The notes below the pieces were generated by a model that was given only the letters and a program-made list of their open reading frames with translations, did not search any database and was not told the DNA's origin. From positions 9,240-73,239 of IMG/VR virus record IMGVR_UViG_3300036945_000641: DNA of 64,000 nt; one strand, given 5' to 3'. Within the stretch, counting starts at the first letter, position 1. Each line of letters opens with the position of its first letter. A program made the position numbers and the translations under genes. This DNA is from a virus. Positions 42,125 to 51,395 of this stretch are shown one piece after another.

Positions 42125-42874
42125 TTAAGCAGCTGCTTTGGCTTCTGCTTTGGCTTTCTTAGCTGCACCATCATAGTCTGCAACTTTGATACCACGGCGA
42201 GTAAGCAAAGTACGTAGACCACGCTCTGTTTTGTCAACAGCGGCTGCGATTTCAGCAACAGTCATAGTGCTGATCTTGTCGCCTAGGGCGGTTACAGGGT
42301 CGATAGACTCTTTAGCGTGAGATTCACGTTGTGCTGGAATCTTAGAAATTTGACCTTTGCGGGTCAAGCTCAAAGCCTTACCACGAACGCTAGCAACAGT
42401 CTTGTTCAATGCGGTGGCAATGTCTTCGATGAAGCTACCAGTTTCGGCCATGTTGATAAACTTGGCTTCTTCTGCGTCAGAGTAAGTACGAGCGATTTCA
42501 ACTTTGTCAGCAGGCTTTACAGAGCCAGTCAATTCTAGGGCAAGCAATTTGCCTTGGATTTGCTTAGCAGTAAACTTGCCGCCAGCAAAGTTTTCAGCGA
42601 TTTGTTTGTATGTCAAGTTACCTGCGTTGGCTTGAACGAAATTGGCAAGATCAGTGCCTTCGTCAGCGGTAAATGCAGATGTTTTTTCTTTTGCAAGACT
42701 AGCGACTTCACGGTCTAATTGACGCAGTTTAGAAGCAACAGAGCGAGTTGTGAAACCGAGCATTTCGGCAGCACGCTCAACAGCTTCTACGCTAACAGGG
42801 CTTGCATTGCCAACAATGTTCATTAGTTGGTCAACAGCTTCGTCAGACCATTTTTTAGTGGCTTTTTCAGTCAT
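42125..42874 (-). CDS. D5: T5 D5-like DNA-binding regulator
   Basis: Repeated HTH motifs TRSVASKLR, KQIQGKLLALELT, SVRGKALSL, TERGLRTLLTRRG. Confidence 0.85.
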   Translation of the reverse strand: MTEKATKKWSDEAVDQLMNIVGNASPVSVEAVERAAEMLGFTTRSVASKLRQLDREVASLAKEKTSAFTADEGTDLANFVQANAGNLTYKQIAENFAGGKFTAKQIQGKLLALELTGSVKPADKVEIARTYSDAEEAKFINMAETGSFIEDIATALNKTVASVRGKALSLTRKGQISKIPAQRESHAKESIDPVTALGDKISTMTVAEIAAAVDKTERGLRTLLTRRGIKVADYDGAAKKAKAEAKAAA

Positions 42875-43628
42875 TTTTATTTTCTTTCAAGAAAGTATTT
42901 AAGTTTGTGATTATGGTTATTCCGAGAGACTCGGCTTTTTTGCGTTTTGTACTACCCTTATCTTCTTCATCAACTAAATAATCTGTGGTTTTTGTTACAG
43001 ATTCTACCGCCTTGTATCCTGCGGTTTCCAGTGCTTTATGTGCTTCTGCTTTAGTTTTATAAGAAGATAATTTTCCTGTAATGCAAATGGTTTTGCAGTC
43101 TCCACTCACAACGGAAGTTTTATTGGTTCGAAATGTGAAAGGCAAAAACTCTCGCATTTCTAAAAAATCAGTTTCTAGCCAAGATAATAAGTTTTGGGTT
43201 ACTTTATCACCTAAACCTGCTTGTTTACAGGTTTCCTGATTGATTTCGTCTATTGAGTTAACAACAAGACAAATCTTAGTCGAGGCAGTATTACCTACAA
43301 GAGGAATAGAGAATGAAGCTAGAATAGTGGCCAAATCTGCTGATTTAGCTTTTTCAATCTCTGTTAATAGCTTTTCAGCTACTTTGGCACTGCCTACGGC
43401 ATCTACTACTTGGTCTAGTTCAAGATAAAACAATTCTGTAATATCTGCTAACCCAAGTTTTTCTACTGTACGAGCACCCATACCCTTAATACTAAGAGTC
43501 TTACAAAAGTGTTCAACTTTTTTACTAAGCTGAGCACCGCAGGCTGTGTTTCTACAAAAGAGCTGATCGTTGACCAGTTCAAGAGTATAATTACAGCAAG
43601 GACATTCAGTTGGTATTTGGATTCTCAT
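42867..43628 (-). CDS. NAD-dependent DNA ligase subunit B
   Basis: Zn finger, HhH, BRCT (CITGKL, SVTKTTDYLV). Confidence 0.9.
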   Translation of the reverse strand: MRIQIPTECPCCNYTLELVNDQLFCRNTACGAQLSKKVEHFCKTLSIKGMGARTVEKLGLADITELFYLELDQVVDAVGSAKVAEKLLTEIEKAKSADLATILASFSIPLVGNTASTKICLVVNSIDEINQETCKQAGLGDKVTQNLLSWLETDFLEMREFLPFTFRTNKTSVVSGDCKTICITGKLSSYKTKAEAHKALETAGYKAVESVTKTTDYLVDEEDKGSTKRKKAESLGITIITNLNTFLKENKND

Positions 43629-43653
43629 GGTTTCTTTATCAATTTATAAATAT

Positions 43654-43682
43654 ATTATACCCGATTAAGTAGCTTATAGCAA
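43654..43682 (-). promoter_or_regulatory. sigma70 promoter
   Basis: TTGCTA-17-TATAAT. Confidence 0.7.
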
Positions 43683-43714
43683 GTCTAAATTTCTAATGCC
43701 CTAAGCACAAAATT

Positions 43715-44398
43715 TTATGCTGCACGTACCCAGCCTTTATGCATGTTACGCTTGCCATTTAAAAGGTCTGTAACTTTAGGTTGTAATAATCCGTGTTCTT
43801 TTGCAAATTTTGTAACATACATAATTTCATATATTTTTCCATCTGGGGATAATAACTTAGGGTACTGTTTGCCCCTATAATACTTTTGTTCTACTCTTAT
43901 GCGCTCTAATTCTGTATATTCTTTTGGACATACTTGTTTTAACCAAGAATGACTTTCTAAAGCCGCGATATGTCTAATTGTATATAGCGACACACCAGTA
44001 ATTTCATGTATTTCTCTTTTAGAGAGAGTAGGGTTTATACTCACTAATAGTCTTAGTACTATAATATATTGTTCATTAGTATATTTTGATTGACCGGCAG
44101 TTTCTCCATATAATACTGGATTTCCGGCTTCATATAAGGTATTAAACCCATTATCTACAGAGTCAAATATATCAATAGCCTCTTTTTCATAGATATTTAG
44201 CTCAGATATAGCGCACTCTGCTAAAATATCTAGGCTAGCTATGCCATAATTATTATATGCTGCTTGTAATTTAGGGGCTGCAACGCCTCTATTTAGAGCA
44301 CTTTTATGTTTTGAAAACCTAGTTTCAATGTCTATTGATTGCCCAATATATACTTTTTTAGTATTATTGAAATTTAATTTATATATGCCACAAGTCAT
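43715..44398 (-). mobile_element. free-standing GIY-YIG homing endonuclease gene
   Basis: GIYKL...VYIGQS..IETRFSKH; NUMOD-like C-terminus HKGW; more AT-rich than flanks. Confidence 0.85.
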
Positions 44399-44400
44399 CT

Positions 44401-44439
44401 TAATACCTCACATAACATATTGTATCATATAAGGTATTA
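44401..44439 (-). promoter_or_regulatory. RBS-sequestering hairpin upstream of the endonuclease
   Basis: taatacct...aggtatta inverted repeat covers the GAGG RBS. Confidence 0.6.
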
Positions 44440-44458
44440 TTTGTCCAACCAAAATTTT

Positions 44459-45412
44459 TTATGCGTCAACTTTGTGTAAGATACAGGGAATGATATCACC
44501 AGCCTTTATTACAGCTACTGTGTCGCCAATCTGCAAATCCAGCATTTCAATGAAACCAGAATTATTAAGAGTAGCACGACTGACAAGGGCATCGCCAATA
44601 TAAATAGGCTCCAGAATAGCAACTGGAGTGACTTTGCCACTTTTGCCGACTTGCCATTCAACATCAAGTAGTTTTGTTTCGACGTGTTCAGCACGTTCTT
44701 TTCGGGCATAAGCACCTCTGGGATGTTTGGCTGTATAGCCTAGTTCGTAAAAAGTTTTGTTGTCGTTAACACGGAATACAACGCCGTCACAAGGATAGAT
44801 TTTATCCAAGTCTGGTTCATTGATTGTGCCAAAGCCAAAACTGCGAAGTTGATCTAAGTCTTGATTATACTTGTCAGCTAGGCTAGGCTGTACACCATAC
44901 GCAAAGAAACTAATTGCTCGTGTACGGAACTCTTCAACAGATTTTAAGTTTAGTGCACCTGCTGCATAGTTACGAGCATTTTCAATATTGCTTGGAGCAA
45001 CAATCTCACCAGTAACCTGATAGACGCCCATTACAGGAATAGTGTGCGGTACAAAATTAGTAGCCAACAACTTTTCAGTAATTAGCTGACCTTCTACCCC
45101 ATCACCACGTGTAAGACCTCGAACAAGATGACCATCAACATAAAGTAAGCTAATAGCTGCCCCGTCCAACTTAACACTAACAGCAACATCTCGGATGCCT
45201 TCAAGAGGACGTTTTTGATTTTCATCTTCATAGTATTTTTGTAAACTGTACATTTGATAAACGTGCTTTTCCACATTGCCGTGTTGCTTAGCACCCACAG
45301 CACTGTATCCAATCGAATCAGCAAGCTGATCGAACTGAGCATCACTAATAACTGGAGTACCAGCATAGTATGCTCGTGCGGCTACATTTAAATATTGTTC
45401 TAGTTTATTCAT
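44459..45412 (-). CDS. NAD-dependent DNA ligase subunit A
   Basis: MYSL, KLDG, TRGDG, DGVV, WQVGKSGKVTP, GDIIP. Confidence 0.92.
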   Translation of the reverse strand: MNKLEQYLNVAARAYYAGTPVISDAQFDQLADSIGYSAVGAKQHGNVEKHVYQMYSLQKYYEDENQKRPLEGIRDVAVSVKLDGAAISLLYVDGHLVRGLTRGDGVEGQLITEKLLATNFVPHTIPVMGVYQVTGEIVAPSNIENARNYAAGALNLKSVEEFRTRAISFFAYGVQPSLADKYNQDLDQLRSFGFGTINEPDLDKIYPCDGVVFRVNDNKTFYELGYTAKHPRGAYARKERAEHVETKLLDVEWQVGKSGKVTPVAILEPIYIGDALVSRATLNNSGFIEMLDLQIGDTVAVIKAGDIIPCILHKVDA

Positions 45413-45438
45413 GGTCGTAGTGTGTCTTTAAAGAATAA

Positions 45439-45738
45439 TTATACCAGTTTAGGGTTGTCATTACAAGTCAATTTTTCAGCATAGTGTCTGATAATGTCTT
45501 CGCCTTCTGCTTTTGAGCAGATTTCAAATAAGCCGTCTAAGATAGCATAAATATTTTCAGTACTAGCAGGTATGCTTACACCTTCACGACTTGGCACCCA
45601 CTCACCTTCATAGCTTAAAAAGTATTTTCTTAGTTGAAAGTATGCTGTGTCACGAAAATCATTAATTACTAATCGTACTTGGAAACCCTTTTCCATGTTC
45701 TCTTCAATGACTTTACTATATTGTATATTTGAGTCCAT
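45439..45738 (-). CDS. PC4-like ssDNA-binding protein
   Basis: RLVINDFRDTAYFQLRKYF...WVPSREGVSIP. Confidence 0.75.
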   Translation of the reverse strand: MDSNIQYSKVIEENMEKGFQVRLVINDFRDTAYFQLRKYFLSYEGEWVPSREGVSIPASTENIYAILDGLFEICSKAEGEDIIRHYAEKLTCNDNPKLV

Positions 45739-45795
45739 GCGGTCTCCGGTAAACTATTTAAGATTTAAAATTGTGCAGGTTTGGCGCCTGTGTTT

Positions 45796-46419
45796 TTATA
45801 TACGTACTCCAAGTGCGCGCAAGTGTTGAAGACTTGCAAGCTCTGAGGCTTCTTGATACGCAGATTGTTTCCACTTGTCAGCAAGCAACCAGATTCTGTA
45901 AACATATCCGTGTTTATCAGTTTTTTGTTCTGTGTCGATGCGTGCAGTAGAATCATATCTGGCACTGTATACTACTTCGCCAATTTGGAATCGGTCACGA
46001 ACTGCTCCATCTGGAATCAGTTGAGGGTCGAAGTATGTGTGGCCAGGTACACGAATTGGTACTGCGTTTTGTTCAAGAATATTTTTGACAAAAGTTGGTG
46101 AGCGGTAAGTAGCTTTAGAAATTGCATCTACAGTTTCACCATTAATATACTCACCAATAATATAAACCAATTCGTCGTTGGTAACTGGTTTGCCACGTAG
46201 TTCTGCGCGACGCTGTGCAGAACGCTCTTGCTTTTTCTTAAACTCGTCAAGTATTGTACCTAGACGAGTAGTATTATAAGCCATTCCTAGGATTTGGCAA
46301 GCATCTTTCTTTGTAATTGGTTTAACGCCTTCTTCAGGCTCAAGTAAGCGAATAACTCGGCTAATGTTAGCATCAGTCATCAACTCTTGTTCTAGATCAC
46401 TTCGTTTTTTGGTTGCCAT
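45796..46419 (-). CDS. conserved T5-like protein
   Basis: ITKKDACQILGMAYNTTRL; start MATKK. Confidence 0.65.
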   Translation of the reverse strand: MATKKRSDLEQELMTDANISRVIRLLEPEEGVKPITKKDACQILGMAYNTTRLGTILDEFKKKQERSAQRRAELRGKPVTNDELVYIIGEYINGETVDAISKATYRSPTFVKNILEQNAVPIRVPGHTYFDPQLIPDGAVRDRFQIGEVVYSARYDSTARIDTEQKTDKHGYVYRIWLLADKWKQSAYQEASELASLQHLRALGVRI

Positions 46420-46430
46420 AATAATCCTAT

Positions 46431-46457
46431 AAAAGAAAAGGCGGCACAAGGCCGCCT
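46431..46457 (-). terminator. Rho-independent terminator
   Basis: aggcggc stem with U-tract on minus strand. Confidence 0.75.
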
Positions 46458-46460
46458 AAT

Positions 46461-46823
46461 TTACGCTTTCAATACGCCTAAGAAATAGATTGCAGCTTTG
46501 CCAGTCAATTTGCTCAAAATGTCTTCGTCAACTTCAGCACCTTTGGCTTCGATTGCGGCTTTAAGATCAGCAATGCTAGACTCTTTGCTAACACGCTTGC
46601 TACCTTCACTAGCAGTTTTAGTAGTTTTGCTAGTAGAAGCGCCAGCTTCTTTCTTAACATAAACACCAGCCTGTACTAGTACCATGCGAACGCCGTTAGG
46701 CGACATTTCGATTTCTTCTGCAATATCTTTGATAATTTCAGTTGAAGATTCAGGAGTTGGGCCTGCACCTTCATACATTTCGATAACTTTAGTTTTAAGT
46801 TCATCTGTCCAAGTCGTTGCCAT
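46461..46823 (-). CDS. D3: T5 D3-like protein
   Basis: WTDELK...PTPESSTEIIKDIAEE..SPNGVRM...KLTGKAA. Confidence 0.75.
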   Translation of the reverse strand: MATTWTDELKTKVIEMYEGAGPTPESSTEIIKDIAEEIEMSPNGVRMVLVQAGVYVKKEAGASTSKTTKTASEGSKRVSKESSIADLKAAIEAKGAEVDEDILSKLTGKAAIYFLGVLKA

Positions 46824-46836
46824 ATTTTTCCTTTGT

Positions 46837-47109
46837 TTAAACGTATTCTGTGTTGAGGTCAGACATTTTGTCTGGACTGAAACGACGATAGTTGTGTTTC
46901 AAGTCATGCTTAGCCAATAGAGCCATAGTTGCTTCATGCTGTGCGTTTTTCAACTCACGCATTTCATTGGCAAACAATGCAAATTCACTTTCGGGCATTT
47001 GCGTAACATCAATGCCTTCAACAAATTGAGTAGGTGTTACCAACTCAATAACTGCTCGTTCAGAAACAGAGCCGTCAGCTTTAGTGTAGTTAAATTCCAA
47101 AAGTTTCAT
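46837..47109 (-). CDS. hypothetical protein (WYL-like N-terminus)
   Basis: FNYTKADGSVSER...YRRF. Confidence 0.6.
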   Translation of the reverse strand: MKLLEFNYTKADGSVSERAVIELVTPTQFVEGIDVTQMPESEFALFANEMRELKNAQHEATMALLAKHDLKHNYRRFSPDKMSDLNTEYV

Positions 47110-47139
47110 GTTGTGTCTTTTCTAATTGATTAAGTATAT

Positions 47140-47168
47140 ATTATAAACTATTCGATTGAGTGATTCAA
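47140..47168 (-). promoter_or_regulatory. sigma70 promoter
   Basis: TTGAAT-17-TATAAT. Confidence 0.7.
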
Positions 47169-47179
47169 ATGATTATTTT

Positions 47180-47440
47180 TTAATCTTGTTTTAGTATTTC
47201 TTTGGATAATCCACGCTCAAATTTTTCAGCCATGCTATTTGATAGTAAGGGCATAACAAGTATCGGAGCAATAACTGCACTAATAAGTATATAAATTATT
47301 ACGCTTAAAATTGGATAACCTGTAAAACTATTAATAATATTCTGCTCTTTGGCTTTTTGTAGTAATGGCCAAAACCAGAAGTAGCACGCAGTAACAGAAG
47401 TACTAAATGCGAATAGCACGTAGTATTCTATTAAACCCAT
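47180..47440 (-). CDS. two-TM membrane protein
   Basis: Two hydrophobic helices. Confidence 0.6.
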   Translation of the reverse strand: MGLIEYYVLFAFSTSVTACYFWFWPLLQKAKEQNIINSFTGYPILSVIIYILISAVIAPILVMPLLSNSMAEKFERGLSKEILKQD

Positions 47441-47814
47441 ACTAGATTACCTTGCCCATCATGTGCTCTTGCACCTAGTGTAAAGCTGACTTTACCTTGT
47501 GGCAAATTACTAAAATCTTTTTTACTGTGCATGGCAATTGCCGCAGCTTGCACTTTAGGATTACTGCTAAACAAATCCCAGTCTGCACGACCAGTAAATT
47601 GTTTAAATAGTTTTGCAATATGAATCTGAGTTTTAGACCACTCTTGACCCTTAGGGGTTTTACGACGATACTTAATGTTTGTTAATGCGTCTTTGAGTTG
47701 TTCGTTATTTGGCTGTAGTTTAAGCTGTTTTAGTAATTTTCGTTTGCGGTTAATTTCTGCTGTACTACTACCTTTAGCGGATGTAGTTGCAGGTGCTTTG
47801 CTTTTTGTTGCCAC
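47431..47814 (-). CDS. basic hypothetical protein
   Basis: NRKRKL..QLKLQPNNEQ; GTG start. Confidence 0.6.
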   Translation of the reverse strand: MATKSKAPATTSAKGSSTAEINRKRKLLKQLKLQPNNEQLKDALTNIKYRRKTPKGQEWSKTQIHIAKLFKQFTGRADWDLFSSNPKVQAAAIAMHSKKDFSNLPQGKVSFTLGARAHDGQGNLVWV

Positions 47815-47815
47815 T

Positions 47816-48064
47816 TTAGAACCTTTTTCTTATTTTAAATACGCCATGCTCTTCAGCAGGCTCTAACTCTACGACTTGTGCTTGTTCTAAATAGCGAAGT
47901 ATTTCAAATGCTTCACCATAAGTATGAATTAGTTTCTCGTCTTTGTTTACTGTATCGTGAACAAAGTCGAGAAAGTCTAGAGTAACTAAACGCCAACTAT
48001 CAGTCTGTAACTGAGTTAAAAGCGTCCTGAACGGATTCTCTGTCGTAGTGGATGTGGTCGTCAT
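47816..48064 (-). CDS. hypothetical protein
   Basis: ORF in operon; start uncertain. Confidence 0.5.
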   Translation of the reverse strand: MTTTSTTTENPFRTLLTQLQTDSWRLVTLDFLDFVHDTVNKDEKLIHTYGEAFEILRYLEQAQVVELEPAEEHGVFKIRKRF

Positions 48065-48362
48065 GGACATACGCTTCTGTATCGCTTTCTACAACTGCAA
48101 TAACTTTTTTCAAGTTATTCATTTGTGTTTTTGTGTTATAACAGTTTTCCAAAGCAACGATCAGGTCTGGAATTGACTCGATTGAAATCGGCATATAACG
48201 CTCACAGCCATCAGAGATAGCTACTTCATCAGTGCCACCTGGATTAGTTCCAAACTCTACTTGGTTATAAAAGTAGTCGCCGTGTTCATTGGGGCCAAAC
48301 AAGCCTTCGTCGCCAAAGTTATCAATGTCTTCGTGTGGAACTTGCGAGAAATAAATTTTCAT
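48000..48362 (-). CDS. hypothetical protein
   Basis: Start reassigned to MKIYFS downstream of promoter. Confidence 0.6.
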   Translation of the reverse strand: MKIYFSQVPHEDIDNFGDEGLFGPNEHGDYFYNQVEFGTNPGGTDEVAISDGCERYMPISIESIPDLIVALENCYNTKTQMNNLKKVIAVVESDTEAYVHDDHIHYDRESVQDAFNSVTD

Positions 48363-48396
48363 GTTTTTCTTTGTAAAAATTGTTTTTGGAATATAT

Positions 48397-48425
48397 ATTA
48401 TATCAAAAATACCACACTGTTTCAA
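48397..48425 (-). promoter_or_regulatory. sigma70 promoter
   Basis: TTGAAA-17-TATAAT. Confidence 0.75.
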
Positions 48426-48442
48426 GAAAGTATTTTTGAAAC

Positions 48443-48466
48443 AAAAATCCCAGCCTAAGCTGGGAT
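48443..48466 (-). terminator. terminator after tRNA
   Basis: atcccag stem plus U5. Confidence 0.75.
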
Positions 48467-48469
48467 AGG

Positions 48470-48544
48470 TGGTGCGCTGACTAGGAATTGAACCTAGACT
48501 CGATCGATTATGAGTCGACTGCTTTACCATTAAGCTATCAGCGC
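48470..48544 (-). tRNA. tRNA-Ile2/Met (CAT)
   Basis: Cloverleaf, loop CTCATAA, encoded CCA; anticodon arm resembles Ile2. Confidence 0.9.
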
Positions 48545-48930
48545 GTTTGATTTGCTAAAATTTTATAACCTTTAGCGGTTGGGTGAATACGATCTGGACT
48601 AATACTAGCAACTGACAATACTACGTCTCCATAGTGTGCTGCAAGTTCTCGTATAAATTGATGAAGTTCTGGCTTATTGGGTGGAAGAATCCAAAACACT
48701 AGGTCAGCATATGTTAGTTGTCGTAGTGTTTGCAGCTCGCTGCGGGTATTAATTTTACTATCATTAGCACCCAAACTAATTATCACAGTTTTAGCAGCTA
48801 GATCTTTAGTTATGTGAGTGTTATTCCACGCATAACTATTTATGCCAGTTTTAACATATGCAACACATTCGGGTCTGTGCTGTGCAATGCCTTGAGCAAT
48901 GCTATCGCCTAAAATTAAGCACTCTAGCAT
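48538..48930 (-). CDS. SGNH/GDSL hydrolase
   Basis: LGDSIA, LGAND, DRIHP. Confidence 0.85.
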   Translation of the reverse strand: MLECLILGDSIAQGIAQHRPECVAYVKTGINSYAWNNTHITKDLAAKTVIISLGANDSKINTRSELQTLRQLTYADLVFWILPPNKPELHQFIRELAAHYGDVVLSVASISPDRIHPTAKGYKILANQTR

Positions 48931-49065
48931 TTAGTCTTCAAACTCAATGTAGTCTTCTTTGCCAACGCCACATTCTGGGCACTCAAAATCATCTGGCAAG
49001 TCTTGCCAACGACCTTCCGTGGCTTCATCGTGTACATGACCACATACTACGCAAACATATTCCAT
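48931..49065 (-). CDS. rubredoxin (44 aa, not in ORF track)
   Basis: MEYVCVVCGHVHDE...WQDLPDDFECPECGVGKEDY. Confidence 0.9.
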   Translation of the reverse strand: MEYVCVVCGHVHDEATEGRWQDLPDDFECPECGVGKEDYIEFED

Positions 49066-49514
49066 TATACTGACTCCCAAACTAGTTGATATGCTTCTGC
49101 GTGACGTTTTTCAACTTTTTTCAACGCAGCAAAGCGCTTTTCAGCTTTTGCTAATACAGCACTAAACTGTTCCGCGTGTTCTTTAGACTCTGAGGTTTGC
49201 TCGCCGAACTCTTTTGCAGAGTCTATGTTCTTTTCAACAATGGCTTGACGCTCAAACTGAGGGTACATTGTTGTATACTCATATGTTTCGCCTTCAATGG
49301 CCATTTCTAAACAACGCTTAGTATCTGGTTTACCGATTAGCAACTCTAAGTGGCCCCAGGCGTGTTTTAATTCTTGCTGAGCTGTATGCTCAAAATGATC
49401 GGCAACATCAGCAAAGCCTTCACTTCTGGCAATACGCGCAAAGTACATATACTTTGTGTATGCCATAGATTCGCCTGCTAATGCACCTTCTAAGTTTTGT
49501 AATGTTATTGACAT
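49065..49514 (-). CDS. rubrerythrin-family diiron protein
   Basis: AGESMA..KYMYFA, QELKHA, GETYEYTTMYP, ESKEHA. Confidence 0.9.
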   Translation of the reverse strand: MSITLQNLEGALAGESMAYTKYMYFARIARSEGFADVADHFEHTAQQELKHAWGHLELLIGKPDTKRCLEMAIEGETYEYTTMYPQFERQAIVEKNIDSAKEFGEQTSESKEHAEQFSAVLAKAEKRFAALKKVEKRHAEAYQLVWESV

Positions 49515-50029
49515 TGTTTTTTAACTTCTTCTAGTGAAATTGGAGTAAAATTGATTCTTTCCATACTTACGTTAAAGTATCGCTTATCGGGTATTTGTGC
49601 TAGGTTCAATCTAACTACATTGTTGTGTAGGTGGCCGTGCACATTAAGACCCCAACGTGCTAGACTTTCAGGATGAATAGGAATATGTGTTAAGATCATA
49701 CCATCAAACTGATGACTACCACGAATGTCTTTGAAATACTGTGAGTACTGATTTAGAGTACACAAATCATGGTTGCCTTTGACCAGTATCTTTTCACCGT
49801 TCATGCGGGCTAGAATTTCTAGGCCCTTGGCATTACGGCTCATACTAACATCGCCTAAGAAGTATACTTTGTCCGTGGGCTTTACCACACGATTGTGGCA
49901 GTTGACCATGTGTTCGTTCATGTGGTCAACGTCATCAAACACGCGTAGCGGAGTACCATCTTGATTTTTAAACGTCAAGATATTTTTGTGATGAAAGTGA
50001 TGGTCACTTGCGAAAAAGATGTTTGCCAT
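49505..50029 (-). CDS. metallophosphoesterase
   Basis: SDHHF, LGD, GNHD, HGHLH. Confidence 0.9.
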   Translation of the reverse strand: MANIFFASDHHFHHKNILTFKNQDGTPLRVFDDVDHMNEHMVNCHNRVVKPTDKVYFLGDVSMSRNAKGLEILARMNGEKILVKGNHDLCTLNQYSQYFKDIRGSHQFDGMILTHIPIHPESLARWGLNVHGHLHNNVVRLNLAQIPDKRYFNVSMERINFTPISLEEVKKQCQ

Positions 50030-50094
50030 AAGTAGAAATCCCCGAAACAGTAGTTATTATACCGTAATCGGGGATATAGTTCAAGTTTAAATTT

Positions 50095-50169
50095 TGGTAC
50101 GTCGTGACGGGTTCGAACCGCCGACCCTCTCCGTGTAAAGGAGACGCTCTACCGCTGAGCTAACAACGC
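50095..50169 (-). tRNA. tRNA-Val (TAC)
   Basis: Cloverleaf, loop TTTACAC, CCA. Confidence 0.95.
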
Positions 50170-50307
50170 ATTTATTCTGTCTAATACAAGCTGCTTTTGA
50201 CTATCACTTAGGGTAGTCCAGTCAATAAGTTCTTGCTTTGTTCTCCAGCAGCCAACACAAACGTCATCTACTAGACGGCATATTTTAATACAAGGAGAAG
50301 GTGCCAT
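50149..50307 (-). CDS. DUF1289-like Cys protein (52 aa, not in ORF track)
   Basis: SPCIKICRL..DVCVGCWRT..E..DW. Confidence 0.75.
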   Translation of the reverse strand: MAPSPCIKICRLVDDVCVGCWRTKQELIDWTTLSDSQKQLVLDRINALLAQR

Positions 50308-50313
50308 CAGAGA

Positions 50314-50610
50314 TTATAGCGGTGCAATTTTTCGTAGTGTGCTGGTTTTATGACCAACAATTGTGTCAGTGGGCTTGTACTCACCATCACCGTCAGCTTT
50401 GTATACTCTGATTAGCGCACCTGGATCTTCTGGTGTGCCTGTAATCTCAAAACTACTGCCAGGCACTGGCTCTTTGCCGTCAGTGATAATTTTTGTTACT
50501 TTGCCACGTGCAGTACCGCCGCTGGAATTCCAGCTAACGCTATCACCACGCTTAATATTTTTAGCTTCTTTGATAACTTTATCAAGAGCATTAATAGACA
50601 TATCTGTCAT
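50314..50610 (-). CDS. DUF2945 (HVA1/Tudor-like) protein
   Basis: GDSVSWNSSGGTARGKV...VGHK.STL. Confidence 0.7.
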   Translation of the reverse strand: MTDMSINALDKVIKEAKNIKRGDSVSWNSSGGTARGKVTKIITDGKEPVPGSSFEITGTPEDPGALIRVYKADGDGEYKPTDTIVGHKTSTLRKIAPL

Positions 50611-50622
50611 AATTTTCCTTAG

Positions 50623-50696
50623 TGGAGCGGGGTGCGAGAATCGAACTCGCAACTCTAACTTGGAAGGATAGCGTTTTGCCACTAAACTAACCCCGC
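50623..50696 (-). tRNA. tRNA-Gly (TCC)
   Basis: Cloverleaf, loop CTTCCAA, U73-CCA. Confidence 0.95.
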
Positions 50697-50697
50697 A

Positions 50698-50928
50698 TTA
50701 TCTCTTTCGTTTTTCAGCACCAATTCGTGATGCTTTGTTCCAGTCATAGGCAATACCATCAGGGCAGACACCATCTTTAATGCTGTCTACACCAAATTTA
50801 CCTACAATTTCTATTGTGCCATCGGTAATAGTCACAAATTCGTCTACATACTTGGCCATTTCCATAGCCACGGTTAGGTCTTTTGATTGGCCTCTAACAT
50901 AGCCTTGTTCATCTATTACTTTATACAT
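50698..50928 (-). CDS. hypothetical protein
   Basis: 76 aa ORF between tRNAs. Confidence 0.6.
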   Translation of the reverse strand: MYKVIDEQGYVRGQSKDLTVAMEMAKYVDEFVTITDGTIEIVGKFGVDSIKDGVCPDGIAYDWNKASRIGAEKRKR

Positions 50929-50934
50929 ATAACT

Positions 50935-51010
50935 TGGTGCGGGCTACAGGGTTCGAACCTGCGACCTGTTCGTTGGCAACGAACTGCTCTACCAGCTGAG
51001 CTAAGCACGC
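50935..51010 (-). tRNA. tRNA-Gly (GCC)
   Basis: Cloverleaf, loop TTGCCAA, CCA. Confidence 0.92.
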
Positions 51011-51011
51011 A

Positions 51012-51314
51012 TTAAAAGGGTACATCGTCATCGCTAAAGTTTACTTCTTGCACAGAAGGCTCGTCATACTCTTTAGTATACGGGTCAACTTCTTCAAGCT
51101 GATGACGTTGCTGGTTTTTAAAGCCAGCGTGTTCTTTGATTGTTTCTGTTACTATACCTGTGTATTTCATTAAGCCAGATTTATCTGCCCAAATTAGGTA
51201 CTCGTAGTGATCTGGGATTACATCGCAGATTCTGCAACCTTGTAGTTTGCCAACACGTATTGTGTCAGTCATATCTAGTACAGTTGATTTTACATTTTTA
51301 AATGATATTGCCAT
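51012..51314 (-). CDS. small protein with SSB-like acidic C-terminus
   Basis: VGKLQG..I.DV...YL.W core; ends DDDVPF. Confidence 0.65.
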   Translation of the reverse strand: MAISFKNVKSTVLDMTDTIRVGKLQGCRICDVIPDHYEYLIWADKSGLMKYTGIVTETIKEHAGFKNQQRHQLEEVDPYTKEYDEPSVQEVNFSDDDVPF

Positions 51315-51395
51315 AAGAAAGCACACTCTAAGGCTGCCGGACTCAAACCAGCTTGATTTAATGGATGTGCCACACTAAGTGTGCTTACTTATGGC
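51310..51395 (-). ncRNA. stem-closed cassette A
   Basis: 18-bp inverted repeat (1 mismatch) including tRNA-Ser CCA; internal T-arm-like hairpin. Confidence 0.55.

Noticed and set aside
43629-44458. Group I intron interrupting the DNA ligase
   Set aside because: Ligase A has its own stop and ligase B its own promoter and start. T5-like ligases are natively split, and the flanks are too short for an intron core.
4816-47866. Many 60-165 aa antisense or alternate-frame ORFs nested in long genes
   Set aside because: Shadow ORFs of well-supported genes, with no RBS or motifs
48363-48530. N-terminal extensions of ORFs 48000, 50314, 59185 and 27061 in the ORF track
   Set aside because: Extensions overlap tRNAs, promoters or upstream genes; downstream ATGs fit better
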